A stretch of 64,000 nt of DNA, taken from IMG/VR virus record IMGVR_UViG_3300036770_001537; one strand, given 5' to 3'. A program made the translations under genes and the position numbers. The notes under the pieces were generated by a model, which did not search any database, was not told the DNA's origin, and worked only from the letters and a program-made list of their open reading frames with translations. The stretch comes from a virus. This document shows positions 50,021 to 60,066 of this stretch, piece by piece (position 1 is the stretch's first letter; the number at the start of each line of letters is the position of its first letter).

Positions 50021-50622
50021 TTTTCTTCCTTGATTTTCTTCCAATATTCTCTCATTTTTTCCGAATGTTCGGGTCTTAATTTTCCTCTAAAATAATTTCC
50101 TTTTTTCGAATTTACTTCTTTAGAATATTTTTTGCCTAAGTTTGCCTCTGAGAGTTTTCTTCTTGTTTCTATACTGGGATTTCTTTTACTCTCTGATATT
50201 TTTTTCTTAGTATCTTCAGAATATTTTTTGCCTTTGTTCCATGCTATTTGAAGACCTTTCTTTCCCTTGTTCCAAGGAATCTGTCCTTTGTGCCCATCGC
50301 TTATTTTTTTCAACTGATTTTCATTAAATTTAAATCCAGATATCCCGTCGCCACCATCAGTTCTATTTCTTAAAATACCTGTTCCATTATCTTTACGCCC
50401 ATACCATCGTATCAACCTTCTCTCTAGTGCTAATGCTCCTATTTCAGTTAAATTTTCCTCAACGATAATAATGTGATTTTTATTTTTCGGTCTTCTTATT
50501 TTTTGAGAATTATGACTAGACCATGCTCGCTTGCCTTTACCTTTACCTATATAATATGGTGTATAGTCTTCTCTAATATAAGCATATACATAATATTCTA
50601 ATGTTGATTGATAAATAATCAT
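50017..50622 (-). mobile_element. GIY-YIG-like homing endonuclease with NUMOD3 repeats
   Basis: [18 protein letters not shown]...[10 protein letters not shown]...DGGDG; PWNKG repeats; GGAGG SD before ATG 50622. Confidence 0.88.
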
Positions 50623-50623
50623 G

Positions 50624-50679
50624 CTGATACCTCCAGTATAGGTGTTAGAATGGTCGGAGACGGCAATCTCGCGGGCCAT
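50624..50679 (+). ncRNA. Candidate two-hairpin antisense RNA, copy B
   Basis: CUGAUACCU/AGGUGUUAG and AUGGUC-G-GAGA-CGGCAA-UCUC-GCG-GGCCAU; GATAAATA at 50610. Confidence 0.6.
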
Positions 50680-50682
50680 ATT

Positions 50683-51099
50683 TTATTTATCTTCTTTCGA
50701 CTTTATCATTTTCAATAAGTCGGCAGTAGTTCCGCAGAAGACTGCCTTTTCTACTGTAATATCACCTTGAGGTGTCTTATTACTCACTTCTTTTAATTCT
50801 TTGGTAGTCTTTTGTAGAGCATATAAATCTTTGGTTGTTTCTGAAATTGTTTTCATCATTGTCGCAAATACTTCGTATGCCCGAGGACTTTCACTCTGTC
50901 TTGCCAACTCCTTCATATCTTCCATTGCCAGATTACCTTGTTGAATTAAGTTTCTAAAAGTTTGTCTGGCTAAGTTGTAATCTGCTTCAGCATCATTTGT
51001 CTGTGTAGGTTCAAGTATTTCCTGTCGCACAGGTTCAAGTATTTCCTGCTTTGGTGCTACTGGTTCAATACCCAAGGCATCTGTTAATTTTTTATTCAT
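50683..51099 (-). CDS. gp16: Terminase small subunit
   Basis: DYNLAR, SESPRAYEV, FCGTTADL. Confidence 0.93.
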   Translation of the reverse strand: MNKKLTDALGIEPVAPKQEILEPVRQEILEPTQTNDAEADYNLARQTFRNLIQQGNLAMEDMKELARQSESPRAYEVFATMMKTISETTKDLYALQKTTKELKEVSNKTPQGDITVEKAVFCGTTADLLKMIKSKEDK

Positions 51100-52112
51100 T
51101 ATTCATCACTCGCTATATTTGGATATTCTTCAATTGTTGTAGAGTATCCATAATCATCTTCTGGTTCAGCATCAATTGGATCGGGCTCTACAGTAATCTT
51201 GACAAGTTTTAGTGGTGTAGCGTCAAATGATGCTATCACATAATTAGCATTCGTAGTTACTGCACGAATTGTATTATTCACATTGAAATTTCCTTGAGCA
51301 CCACCAACAACAAGTCTATAGTTAGTATTGCTCCATTCATTCACAAAGCCGTATGCCGTTGCAGTTTCATATGTATTACCTTGATAGATTATATCACCTG
51401 TCTTAAACATACCGTTGCCAGTATTAGCAAGGTTCATTCTAATCACATTACCACGAACAAGTGATGGGTCATTAAAGATATTGGCAATTGCTTTGCGAAT
51501 AATCTTTGGTGTAGAAATTGGTCCAAAGAAATATCCCTTGAGTGTAAAAGTCAGCGTAAAATATACATATCTTACAGAATCATAATTACCCTCATACTGA
51601 ATGTTCTGTGTCACATTATTCAATATGATTGGTATATCTTTGAGAAAACCAAGTTCGGCAACTGGTGTAATAGTAACTGTATAATCTGGATTGAAGTATG
51701 GTAATATCTGCTCCATGATATGATTACCATCATCAATTGTCTTGGCATAGATATTCAGTTCAAAGTTGAAATCATATGGAACGCCCATATAACCTGATGA
51801 TACTCTTGATGCATTATCACCTTTAGCAACTCTTAGTAGAGAGTTCTGTTTCCTAGAAGCATCATATGAGAAATTAGTCAGTTCAAATGACATTCTTGGT
51901 AGTATCAATCCAACATCTTTTAAGAGGTCTGGATCAGTTTCAATTCTGGTTACAAACTTATCTTTGGGACCATATATCAAAGGAACTTTAATTCTCTTGG
52001 TTTCTACATCAGAAGCGTCGTATCTAACAAGGGTAATGTTATCAAACATATTACCCATGATGATTACATATTTTCTAAGTAGTTTGTAATAAAAATGTGC
52101 GTTACTTAACGT
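51099..52112 (-). CDS. gp15: Tail sheath stabilizer/terminator; apparent ACG start
   Basis: (ACG)LSNAHFYYKLLRKYVIIMGNMF, VPLIYGPKDKF, LPRMSFE, EQILPYFNP. Confidence 0.9.
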   Translation of the reverse strand, partial: TLSNAHFYYKLLRKYVIIMGNMFDNITLVRYDASDVETKRIKVPLIYGPKDKFVTRIETDPDLLKDVGLILPRMSFELTNFSYDASRKQNSLLRVAKGDNASRVSSGYMGVPYDFNFELNIYAKTIDDGNHIMEQILPYFNPDYTVTITPVAELGFLKDIPIILNNVTQNIQYEGNYDSVRYVYFTLTFTLKGYFFGPISTPKIIRKAIANIFNDPSLVRGNVIRMNLANTGNGMFKTGDIIYQGNTYETATAYGFVNEWSNTNYRLVVGGAQGNFNVNNTIRAVTTNANYVIASFDATPLKLVKITVEPDPIDAEPEDDYGYSTTIEEYPNIASDE

Positions 52113-52156
52113 GACACAGACTCCTGTAATTGGTGTTACTTATAAAACCGGCCGTT

Positions 52157-53029
52157 TCAAGGTTCGCCAAATGGATTTCGCTCACTCAAGTCAATATAAT
52201 TATTGGCTTCAGATTGAATGTCTTTGTTATTGAATAGATCATAATATACATGATCTCCCATAGTATCAACGGTACTAATAGACATAGATGTATTTGATGA
52301 TACGCCTATAACATTACCTTTTGATGCTTCAAAGGTTCCATTTGTTGCGTATAGATACAGTTTATTGTCTATACCATTCCAATCGGAAACTTTGGCTTCG
52401 GAGACTGCATAAGCAAGATTTGCACCTTGATACACGATTTCATCTATGTGATAATCACCTTCACCATTAACAACAAGTTCAATGTTATATGATGACTGCT
52501 TTTCGATCTCATCTATTCTTTCAACACCAGTAGCAATTGTCTCATTGGCATAACGGAAGGCTTCACATCTTAATTCGTAGATATATGGATATGGATATCC
52601 TCTGGTGAAGAATAGTAGCTCTTCTTCAACATACTTGATTTCAAATATTTTATTCATAACAGGAACAAAGAGAAGATCACCTTCTCTTGGTCTTTTAGTT
52701 ACTGTTGTTGGCATATACTTATCAAAAGTTCTTTTGGCTAAAATGATGTTTGTGTTATCACGAATCTCAAGTCCAAACTTGGAGAAGAAATCACCATCAC
52801 CTTCCCAACCTTCAACATTCGCCAGATACATTTCCATTTGATAAGCACGCTCAAATCTTGAGTGAATGTTTTCACCAAAGATAGGATCGTTTTCATCAAA
52901 ATCTTCTCTTGGTAGATAAAAAACATCGTGTCCCATAATCTTGATAGACTCTACAAGAACATCCTCATAGAGTCTGATTTCATTAATCTTTGTTGCTGCG
53001 TAGTTGTGAAAATAATGAGAAACCGCCAA
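52157..53029 (-). CDS. gp14: Neck protein
   Basis: ESIKIMGHDVFYLPR, FSKFGLEI, RPREGDL, NPFG; TTG start. Confidence 0.95.
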   Translation of the reverse strand: MAVSHYFHNYAATKINEIRLYEDVLVESIKIMGHDVFYLPREDFDENDPIFGENIHSRFERAYQMEMYLANVEGWEGDGDFFSKFGLEIRDNTNIILAKRTFDKYMPTTVTKRPREGDLLFVPVMNKIFEIKYVEEELLFFTRGYPYPYIYELRCEAFRYANETIATGVERIDEIEKQSSYNIELVVNGEGDYHIDEIVYQGANLAYAVSEAKVSDWNGIDNKLYLYATNGTFEASKGNVIGVSSNTSMSISTVDTMGDHVYYDLFNNKDIQSEANNYIDLSERNPFGEP

Positions 53030-53033
53030 TTGA

Positions 53034-53720
53034 TTATCCTTTTACTTTTCCTTTTGTCCAATCCTTACCAGGACAATCTTTACTTCTTTTATTTATCTTT
53101 CCATTGTTCCACCAGAAAGTTCCTCTCATCCACTCAGCATTATTTGGTGGTTTGCCTTTCATTGTAGCACTTGTTTTGGCGTTCATTTTCTTTTTGAGTT
53201 CAGGGTCGTGCTTCTTTCCATAAAAACCATTTTTATCACCAGTAAGTTTTTTACCATAGAAATAATTGTTTTTTCCAGAAATCAAATCACTTGCCTTATT
53301 TCTTCGTTCATCGGACCAAGATTCTCGTATTTTTTGTTTGGTTTCCTCTGTTCTTTTCTTGCCTGTGTTAGATTTGACCCTTTTAGCCTTTTCTTCTTCA
53401 GGTTGTTTTCTACCTTTATTTGCCGCCCAAGCGAGTTTTAGTGAAGTATTGGTTGTATATAAATTATAGTATTTTTTACCTAATTCTTCTTCTGATATCA
53501 AAGACAACCATTTATGTTCTTCTGATAGTAGATTATGTTTTTCTATATTTTTGCTCAAGATTCTTCTTTTGAAGTCATTAGGTCTTCTACGATAAGCATC
53601 ACGCATTCTATTAGAAGAACAAATATAACCGTCATTTAATGTTCCCCAATGGCAACCAATATAGTACATCTTACGCTTCTTATCAAACCAGATATAAATA
53701 AAACCTTCTTTTTCCATCAT
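53034..53720 (-). mobile_element. Seg-like GIY-YIG homing endonuclease
   Basis: GFIYIW...YYIGCHWG...DGYICSS; NUMOD3 repeats; WWNNG. Confidence 0.88.
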
Positions 53721-53755
53721 AACCTCCTATGACAATGGTTATGATTATATTTATA
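53716..53755 (-). promoter_or_regulatory. Late promoter with RBS-sequestering hairpin
   Basis: TATAAATA (53748-55), then a 9-bp ATCATAACC/GGTTATGAT stem over the SD and ATG. Confidence 0.75.
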
Positions 53756-53768
53756 TAAAACGAGTGTG

Positions 53769-54512
53769 TCACCCTAGATAAAATTGTGGTGGTTCTTCAT
53801 GAGTATCACGAATCAATTGCTCAATCTCTTGAATTTCTTGAATTGCCTCATTGAAAATCTGTTGTCCATTCATCTGGATTCCACCGGGTAACTGCATACC
53901 CTGAAACTTCTTCATATTGTTTCCCCACTGTCTTTTGATATATGCAGTGGTCAGTCTTTTTAGTAGTCTATCGTTCCAAACATCGGTGTAATTATTTGGA
54001 TCTAGGATAATATACCCTTCAATGATAATATATTCACCGGCTTCAATGTCATTATTCCAGTCCCAATCCAAATATAACTTATTGGAATGTCTGTTAAATC
54101 TAATTGGAATCTCACCGGAGAACAACATATCAAGTGTTCTGATGTGTTGCTGAGTTAGGACATAATTCACATATGATGTTGAAGTGAAGTCATATAGTTC
54201 GTGTAATCTAAGTTGGTATCTTAGATCGAACATATTTACAGATGCATTTGTTGATCCTACTGGAAATATTCTAGTTACACCAATAATGTTGTCTGTAATA
54301 GGAATATATTGATTAGTCTTATCCTCAGCCGTGACTTGATGCTTGAGATACCATCTTTCAACAGCATCAAAATGAAAGTCCTGAAAGTATTGTAATGCAG
54401 CATCTACAGCATCATCAACTTGGTCATCATCCACATTAATTTCTAATACAGGATGACCAAGTTGACGAAGACACCAGTCTATATGTTGTTGCCTAGTGGT
54501 AGGTATAGCCAT
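53769..54512 (-). CDS. gp13: Neck protein
   Basis: LRQLGHPVLEINV, KRQWGNNMKKF, LPGGIQMNG. Confidence 0.96.
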   Translation of the reverse strand: MAIPTTRQQHIDWCLRQLGHPVLEINVDDDQVDDAVDAALQYFQDFHFDAVERWYLKHQVTAEDKTNQYIPITDNIIGVTRIFPVGSTNASVNMFDLRYQLRLHELYDFTSTSYVNYVLTQQHIRTLDMLFSGEIPIRFNRHSNKLYLDWDWNNDIEAGEYIIIEGYIILDPNNYTDVWNDRLLKRLTTAYIKRQWGNNMKKFQGMQLPGGIQMNGQQIFNEAIQEIQEIEQLIRDTHEEPPQFYLG

Positions 54513-54515
54513 GTA

Positions 54516-54959
54516 TTACCTTTCTGAAGCATCTTTGAAGAATTGATCAATTTCTTCCTCTGAACTACCTGCTTGAGTCATGATAAAAATCAACAGTGGA
54601 TTGCTTCTCATATAAGTATTTGCTGCAAAATCTGTTTCTGCTTTGATTCTATCATCAGCACTCATTTGAGCAAATACCTGTTCTACTATAGAAGGGATAT
54701 CGCCATATTTTGTCATATTTAATGCTTCTTGGTCTGTTATTAGCCCTCTTTCTCTTAATTCGATTGCACATTGACGACGAGTTATTGAAATTGGAATAGT
54801 TGATGTGACAACTGGTTCATAAGGTCCAATTTCAATACCATCACTTATAATTTTATTATATACTGCATTATTAACATTAACCGGAACTTCAGTTGATTTT
54901 CCACTATATGTCAATATGATTTTAGTGTTTTGTTCATTTGCATATTTAGCCGTTTTCAT
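54516..54959 (-). CDS. Tail-fibre-associated (chaperone-like) protein
   Basis: ISITRRQ...EIDQFF pattern; follows a fibre gene. Confidence 0.5.
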   Translation of the reverse strand: MKTAKYANEQNTKIILTYSGKSTEVPVNVNNAVYNKIISDGIEIGPYEPVVTSTIPISITRRQCAIELRERGLITDQEALNMTKYGDIPSIVEQVFAQMSADDRIKAETDFAANTYMRSNPLLIFIMTQAGSSEEEIDQFFKDASER

Positions 54960-57657
54960 CTAAAACCTCCGGTAATGAAATATCTGGTTCTGGTTCTGGT
55001 TCTTTCAATGGTTCAAGTATTGGTCTGCCAAATTCGTCAGTCCATTGTGTATCAAGAATGTGTTGATCTTGTCTTTCACCAATGACCATCCAAGAAATTG
55101 TGTCTGTTGAAGATTGGTTCTGTGAGATAATTGTCAAAATGTTGTCGGAAACTGATCCACGAACCAAATCCCAACCTGAATCATTTTGTAGGAATACTTG
55201 AATGTTTCCATTTAGTGCAGAGAAAGTTCCTTCGGTCATACCAACATGAGTGTCTATATTGACTGTTGCTTGACCATTTTCTAGTTGCACTTTGCCACGA
55301 TAGATGTTATCTGCTGTTGGTGCTTCAACGAATGAATGAACGAGATTGTGTGTTTCTGAAAGTTCAGGAAGCGGATGAGAAATCTTGAATGAACCTGATC
55401 CTTTTGACAATGCACCAGATGTATATATGTCTCCTGTAGTATAAACTCCATATGTGGTAGAATATGCTAGACGGCAATATTTATTAGAAACGGAATTGTA
55501 AGCATACACACCAGACCCTGCACTTGCATTAGTTCTTCCATAAACACCCGCTTCAGTGCTATCGGTCTGACCATATACACCATAACTATTTGTTGAGAAT
55601 CCATATGTTCCTATGCCACTGGTGGACGATCCATATACAGCGGTTGTAGTTGATGACACGCCTCTAACACCATAATTAGAATCAGAACTGCCATAAAGCC
55701 CAATACCGCTAGACGATGAGGCAAGTACCCCACCAATAGTATCTCCAACAACATGAAATCTATAAGAAACAGATGGAGAAGTAATATTAACACCAATCCT
55801 ACCATCTCCGGTTATGGTCATTCTATCGGTGCTTGCTGTCAAGAAGTTTATGCTTCTTGATGCAGAACTATGGCCTATATCTAGACCAGTATTGTCCATA
55901 TTAAAAGTTGTATTATAAAAAGAGGTGCTATTTGATGTGAAAACATATTCTGCACTAGTGCCTGCTATGTGTAATTTTCCAGAAGGAGTGGATGTGCCAA
56001 TACCAACATTGCCGGAGGAATCAGCAACTATTCTTCGATTACCTTGGCCATCAGCAATAATCACATGGTTAGATAGAGAAGATGTAAGACCCGTTACATT
56101 TGATCCTACAATTGTATTATAATTGCCAGTTGTTATTCCACGACCAGTATTATGCCCAAGAAATGTGTTAACCGATCCATAAGTATTATCATATCCAGCA
56201 GCGTTACCTACAACAACATTGAAATTGCCAGTTGTTGTATTATAAAGTGTAGCATAACCGAGAGCAATATTTTCTCCGGCTCCAGTAGAAAACCTCAATG
56301 CACCCCATCCAACTGCGATGCTTCTTATACCAGTTGTATTTGAATATAATGCATATGATCCAATAGCAACACTTTCATATCCAGTTGTATTTGAATATAG
56401 TGATTGATATCCAACAGAAGTGTTATTATCTGCCGTGTTAAATCGTAAGGATTCATATCCAACAGCAGTATTGTATTGCCCTATTATATTTTGATAGAGA
56501 GCGTTAAAACCAACAGCAGTATTATAATTTCCTGTTGTATTTGAAAATAGTGCAGCATTCCCAACAGCAGTATTATAGTTTCCTATTGTATTATAATATA
56601 ATGCCTGATAACTAACAGCAGTATTTTGGGTTCCCGTTGTGTTTGAGTATAGTACACTCACACCAACAGCAGTATTGTATTGTCCTGTTGTATTTGATCT
56701 TAGTGCATTAACACCAACAGCAGTATTATATGCTCCTATTGTATTTAAATATAGTGCATTAACACCAACAGCAGTATTTTGGACTCCTGTTGTATTTGAA
56801 TATAATGCACTCATACCAACAGCAACATTGTAATTTCCTGTTGTATTTAAATATAGTGCTCTCCAACCAACAGCAGTATTGTCGATTCCTTCTGTATTTG
56901 TTTGTAATGCAAGCATACCAACAGCAGTATTGCGGACTCCTGTTGTATTATAATATAATGCCGAACGACCAAGGGCAGTATTTTCAAATCCTGTAGTATT
57001 TGAATATAGTGCAGCAACCCCAACAGCAGTAAGACTGGTTCCTATTGTATTTGAATATAGTGCATTCGTACCAACAGCAGTGTTATTGGTTCCTGTTGTG
57101 TTTGAATATAAAGAATCAAACCCAACAGCAGTGTTTTGGATTCCTATTGTATTTAAATATAGTGCCCGATATCCAACAGCAGTATTGCTATCTGCGGTTG
57201 TATTTGAATATAAGGCAAACATACCAACAGCAGTATTGTATTGGCCAATTGTATTTGTAAAAAATGCAGAACGACCAATAGCAGTATTTCTAGTGCCTGT
57301 TGTATTTGAAAATAGTGCTGTACGACCAACAGCCGTATTATAACTTCCTGTTGTGTTTGAATATAATGCTTGATAACCAAGAGCCGTGTTTTCAATACCT
57401 ATCGTGTTTGATCGTAGTGAATCTGAACCAACAGAAGCATTTTGTATTCCTGTTGTATTTAAATACAGTGCTCTCAAGCCAACAGCAGTGTTATGGATTC
57501 CTATTGTATTTGAAAATAAGGAAAGGGCACCAACAGCAGTATTATATTGTCCTGTCGTATTATTCTCTAAAGCATCAGCACCAACGGCAATATTGGTGCT
57601 GGAATAACCAGCACCATCATAATCAAGAACGACATTTCCTTGGATTTTTAAAGCCAT
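54946..57657 (-). CDS. Tail fibre with 14-aa NTAVGxxALxxNTxG repeats
   Basis: About 30 tandem 42-nt repeats; GNVGIGT; KGSGSFKISHP C-terminal domain. Confidence 0.85.
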   Translation of the reverse strand: MALKIQGNVVLDYDGAGYSSTNIAVGADALENNTTGQYNTAVGALSLFSNTIGIHNTAVGLRALYLNTTGIQNASVGSDSLRSNTIGIENTALGYQALYSNTTGSYNTAVGRTALFSNTTGTRNTAIGRSAFFTNTIGQYNTAVGMFALYSNTTADSNTAVGYRALYLNTIGIQNTAVGFDSLYSNTTGTNNTAVGTNALYSNTIGTSLTAVGVAALYSNTTGFENTALGRSALYYNTTGVRNTAVGMLALQTNTEGIDNTAVGWRALYLNTTGNYNVAVGMSALYSNTTGVQNTAVGVNALYLNTIGAYNTAVGVNALRSNTTGQYNTAVGVSVLYSNTTGTQNTAVSYQALYYNTIGNYNTAVGNAALFSNTTGNYNTAVGFNALYQNIIGQYNTAVGYESLRFNTADNNTSVGYQSLYSNTTGYESVAIGSYALYSNTTGIRSIAVGWGALRFSTGAGENIALGYATLYNTTTGNFNVVVGNAAGYDNTYGSVNTFLGHNTGRGITTGNYNTIVGSNVTGLTSSLSNHVIIADGQGNRRIVADSSGNVGIGTSTPSGKLHIAGTSAEYVFTSNSTSFYNTTFNMDNTGLDIGHSSASRSINFLTASTDRMTITGDGRIGVNITSPSVSYRFHVVGDTIGGVLASSSSGIGLYGSSDSNYGVRGVSSTTTAVYGSSTSGIGTYGFSTNSYGVYGQTDSTEAGVYGRTNASAGSGVYAYNSVSNKYCRLAYSTTYGVYTTGDIYTSGALSKGSGSFKISHPLPELSETHNLVHSFVEAPTADNIYRGKVQLENGQATVNIDTHVGMTEGTFSALNGNIQVFLQNDSGWDLVRGSVSDNILTIISQNQSSTDTISWMVIGERQDQHILDTQWTDEFGRPILEPLKEPEPEPDISLPEVLDENG
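56110..57600 (-). repeat. 42-nt tandem coding repeat array
   Basis: Recurring ccaacagcagt..tt...cctgttgtatt. Confidence 0.9.
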
Positions 57658-57669
57658 TTGTACTTACCC

Positions 57670-58359
57670 TTATCTCCTAAGTAATTTAATCCATTGATAG
57701 AAGTTTCCAACCCATCTCTTGGAACCAGAGTGACCACAATTAACAAGTGGATCAATAAACACACGTTCTCCAATACTCTTTACTTTGTCACAGAAAACAA
57801 TATCCTCTGACATCAATTGACCATCAACAACCTTGACTTCAAATACATTCTTAGTTGGTTGTTCTTTATGAGGTTCTTTATATTCTTCAGATGCTTCATA
57901 CACTTTCTTCAAAACATCTTTACGAATCCTCATCATTCCAGTACCAACACCATCAACAGATACCAGACCATTATCTTCAACAATAAAATCACCAAGTAAT
58001 TTTACGTTATACTGTTCAATATCTGATTTCTTTGGAACTGGTGCACCAACAACACCAACATCATGATTTAACATACGAAAGAAATCCTGTGGATTCCAAT
58101 CCTGATCTGTGTCAATGAAAAACAAATCATCAACGTCCAAATCAACTGCCATTTTGACAATATCATTTCTTGCTCTTTGAACCAGAGCATCAAATGACAT
58201 ATAAATTGGAATTACATTGATTCCATTTGCCAGACCAATCTTGCATGTTTCGGCAAGTGCTGCAACGTGCCATACATCCACTTTACCATCATAACATGGT
58301 GAAGCAAGCATAACAGTTCTCATTTTCTGAGTTTCTTGTTCAGTTTTTTCCATAATCAT
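57670..58359 (-). CDS. GT-A-fold glycosyltransferase-like protein, paralog of 17604-18422
   Basis: ASPCYDG, LVQRARN, FIDTDQ, GTGMM, SEDIVFC. Confidence 0.65.
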   Translation of the reverse strand: MIMEKTEQETQKMRTVMLASPCYDGKVDVWHVAALAETCKIGLANGINVIPIYMSFDALVQRARNDIVKMAVDLDVDDLFFIDTDQDWNPQDFFRMLNHDVGVVGAPVPKKSDIEQYNVKLLGDFIVEDNGLVSVDGVGTGMMRIRKDVLKKVYEASEEYKEPHKEQPTKNVFEVKVVDGQLMSEDIVFCDKVKSIGERVFIDPLVNCGHSGSKRWVGNFYQWIKLLRR

Positions 58360-58367
58360 TCACCTTT

Positions 58368-58685
58368 TTATTGTAGATCATTAATTGAGAAGTTTGATAC
58401 TCTTTCTTCTGTTGGTGGAGTATTGTGAGCATCATAATGGGCATCAAAGATTGTGTCCATATTAGATGGCATGAAACCAATCAATTCTGCTTTTGTGAAA
58501 TCAGAAGTTGTTTTGTTGAGATATTCAACGTCTTCTGTGTGTGGATATGCACGAGACCATGTTTTACCATCAGCATTTGTATGAGAATATATAACTTCAA
58601 TTTCCCATTGTTTGACAACATTATCTGCTGTACGTACTGTTGGTTGGGCTTTCTTTAGTGTTTTAGTTGTAGAATATTTAGCCAT
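58368..58685 (-). CDS. Hypothetical tail-cluster protein
   Basis: Full ORF with a GGAGG SD. Confidence 0.6.
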   Translation of the reverse strand: MAKYSTTKTLKKAQPTVRTADNVVKQWEIEVIYSHTNADGKTWSRAYPHTEDVEYLNKTTSDFTKAELIGFMPSNMDTIFDAHYDAHNTPPTEERVSNFSINDLQ

Positions 58686-58719
58686 TTTCGACCTCCTGTG
58701 GATTACTAGGCTGTTTGGG

Positions 58720-59295
58720 TTACTTATTATTTATATCATCAATTTGCTGCTGTAGGTCTTTTACTGCTGCAATCAAGAATGCTATTATTTCTATATAGTT
58801 GACTGTTTTAGTGCCATCAGATTTTGAATGGACGATTGTTGGAAGGATTTGTTCGACTTCTTGTGCGATTAACCCATATGATTTTTGTCCATTATTCTTC
58901 CAAGTAAATTCTTTAGGTTCTAATTGATTAATAGTATTTCTAACATATGGTATGAATAAATCATTGACATTTTCTTTTAATGTTATATCTGATACGTTAT
59001 CAAAATGGATTGCAAATATCGTATTTGAAGAATTTATATTTCCATTGACATCAAGAGGATATGATGCAGAAGATTTATTTATTCCAACATTGCCAGAAGG
59101 AAAATATAAACTGCCTACAAAAGAAACTCCAGAAGTGTTTGGCAGTGCTGAGTTAGCGGTACTAAATGCTGCATTTGTTCCATTATATACAGTACTGGTT
59201 AAAATATCATTTTGAGATAAATTTACAATAATTTGATTAGTTCTTGTTCTCCAAGTATCAAATGTATCAGTCAAGTTAACATTTGCTAATGCCAT
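58720..59295 (-). CDS. Short fibre protein with S74 intramolecular chaperone
   Basis: LTDTFDTWR N-terminus; SDITLKENV...YGLIAQEVEQILP. Confidence 0.8.
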   Translation of the reverse strand: MALANVNLTDTFDTWRTRTNQIIVNLSQNDILTSTVYNGTNAAFSTANSALPNTSGVSFVGSLYFPSGNVGINKSSASYPLDVNGNINSSNTIFAIHFDNVSDITLKENVNDLFIPYVRNTINQLEPKEFTWKNNGQKSYGLIAQEVEQILPTIVHSKSDGTKTVNYIEIIAFLIAAVKDLQQQIDDINNK

Positions 59296-60066
59296 TTAAG
59301 AGGATTCCTTTGATTTATTATTTATTGTATTTATAACATCAATTTCTTGACGCAAACTTTTTACTTCTGCAATTAGAAATGCTATTATTTCTATATAGTT
59401 AACTGTTTTAGTTCCATCCGACTTGGTGTGAACTATTGTTGGAAGGATTTGTTCGACTTCTTGTGCGATTAACCCATATGATTTTTGTCCATTATTCTTC
59501 CAAGTGAATGATACTGGATTCAGTTGATTTAAAGTTTTGGTTATATTGTCTAGAGGTAGTACATTATCCTTCAGAGATATATCCGATACGTTATCAAAAT
59601 GAACTGCAAATACCGTATTTGATGAGTTTATATTTCCATTAACATCAAGTGGATATGATGCAGAATTGTTTCCTATAGCAATATTGCCTGTTGGAAAGAA
59701 TAAATCACCAGAGAAAGAGACTCCAGAAGTATTAGGAAGTGCAGAATTTGCTTTATCATATGCAGGAGCAATATTTGCACTTATTGTTATCGTATCATTA
59801 ATATCATCAGCAGAAATATAAATATTATTTCCAGAAATCAAAGTCAATATTGCTTCAGATGTTCCAGCAACGACCAATGTTCCATTAGCATTTACAGTAC
59901 CAAATGCATTTCCACCAGTAGTATTAAAAGGAAGAATTGTGCCATTAGCATTTTTATAAAACAATTTACCATCAGCATAGTTGATTGCCAACTCGCCATT
60001 TGCCAGTATAGTTGGTTCTGCTGATGGAGTAGATGATTTCTTTAGTGAAATTACTGTGTTAGACAT
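59296..60066 (-). CDS. Short fibre protein with S74 intramolecular chaperone
   Basis: LANGELAINYADGKLFYK; SDISLKDNV...YGLIAQEVE. Confidence 0.8.
   Translation of the reverse strand: MSNTVISLKKSSTPSAEPTILANGELAINYADGKLFYKNANGTILPFNTTGGNAFGTVNANGTLVVAGTSEAILTLISGNNIYISADDINDTITISANIAPAYDKANSALPNTSGVSFSGDLFFPTGNIAIGNNSASYPLDVNGNINSSNTVFAVHFDNVSDISLKDNVLPLDNITKTLNQLNPVSFTWKNNGQKSYGLIAQEVEQILPTIVHTKSDGTKTVNYIEIIAFLIAEVKSLRQEIDVINTINNKSKESS

Noticed and set aside
50623-50679. N-terminal extension of the endonuclease in the ORF track (MAREIAV...)
   Set aside because: A strong GGAGG SD precedes ATG 50622 and the paralog starts at the equivalent Met; the region is the structured element
56110-57600. 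Regularly spaced repeats resembling a CRISPR array
   Set aside because: In-frame 42-nt degenerate coding repeats with no unique spacers and no cas genes; the same applies to 11035-11575 and 60880-61860
58780-59505. Possible DGR template/variable repeat pair
   Set aside because: Differences are mostly synonymous and not adenine-specific, both copies are coding, and there is no reverse transcriptase in the window
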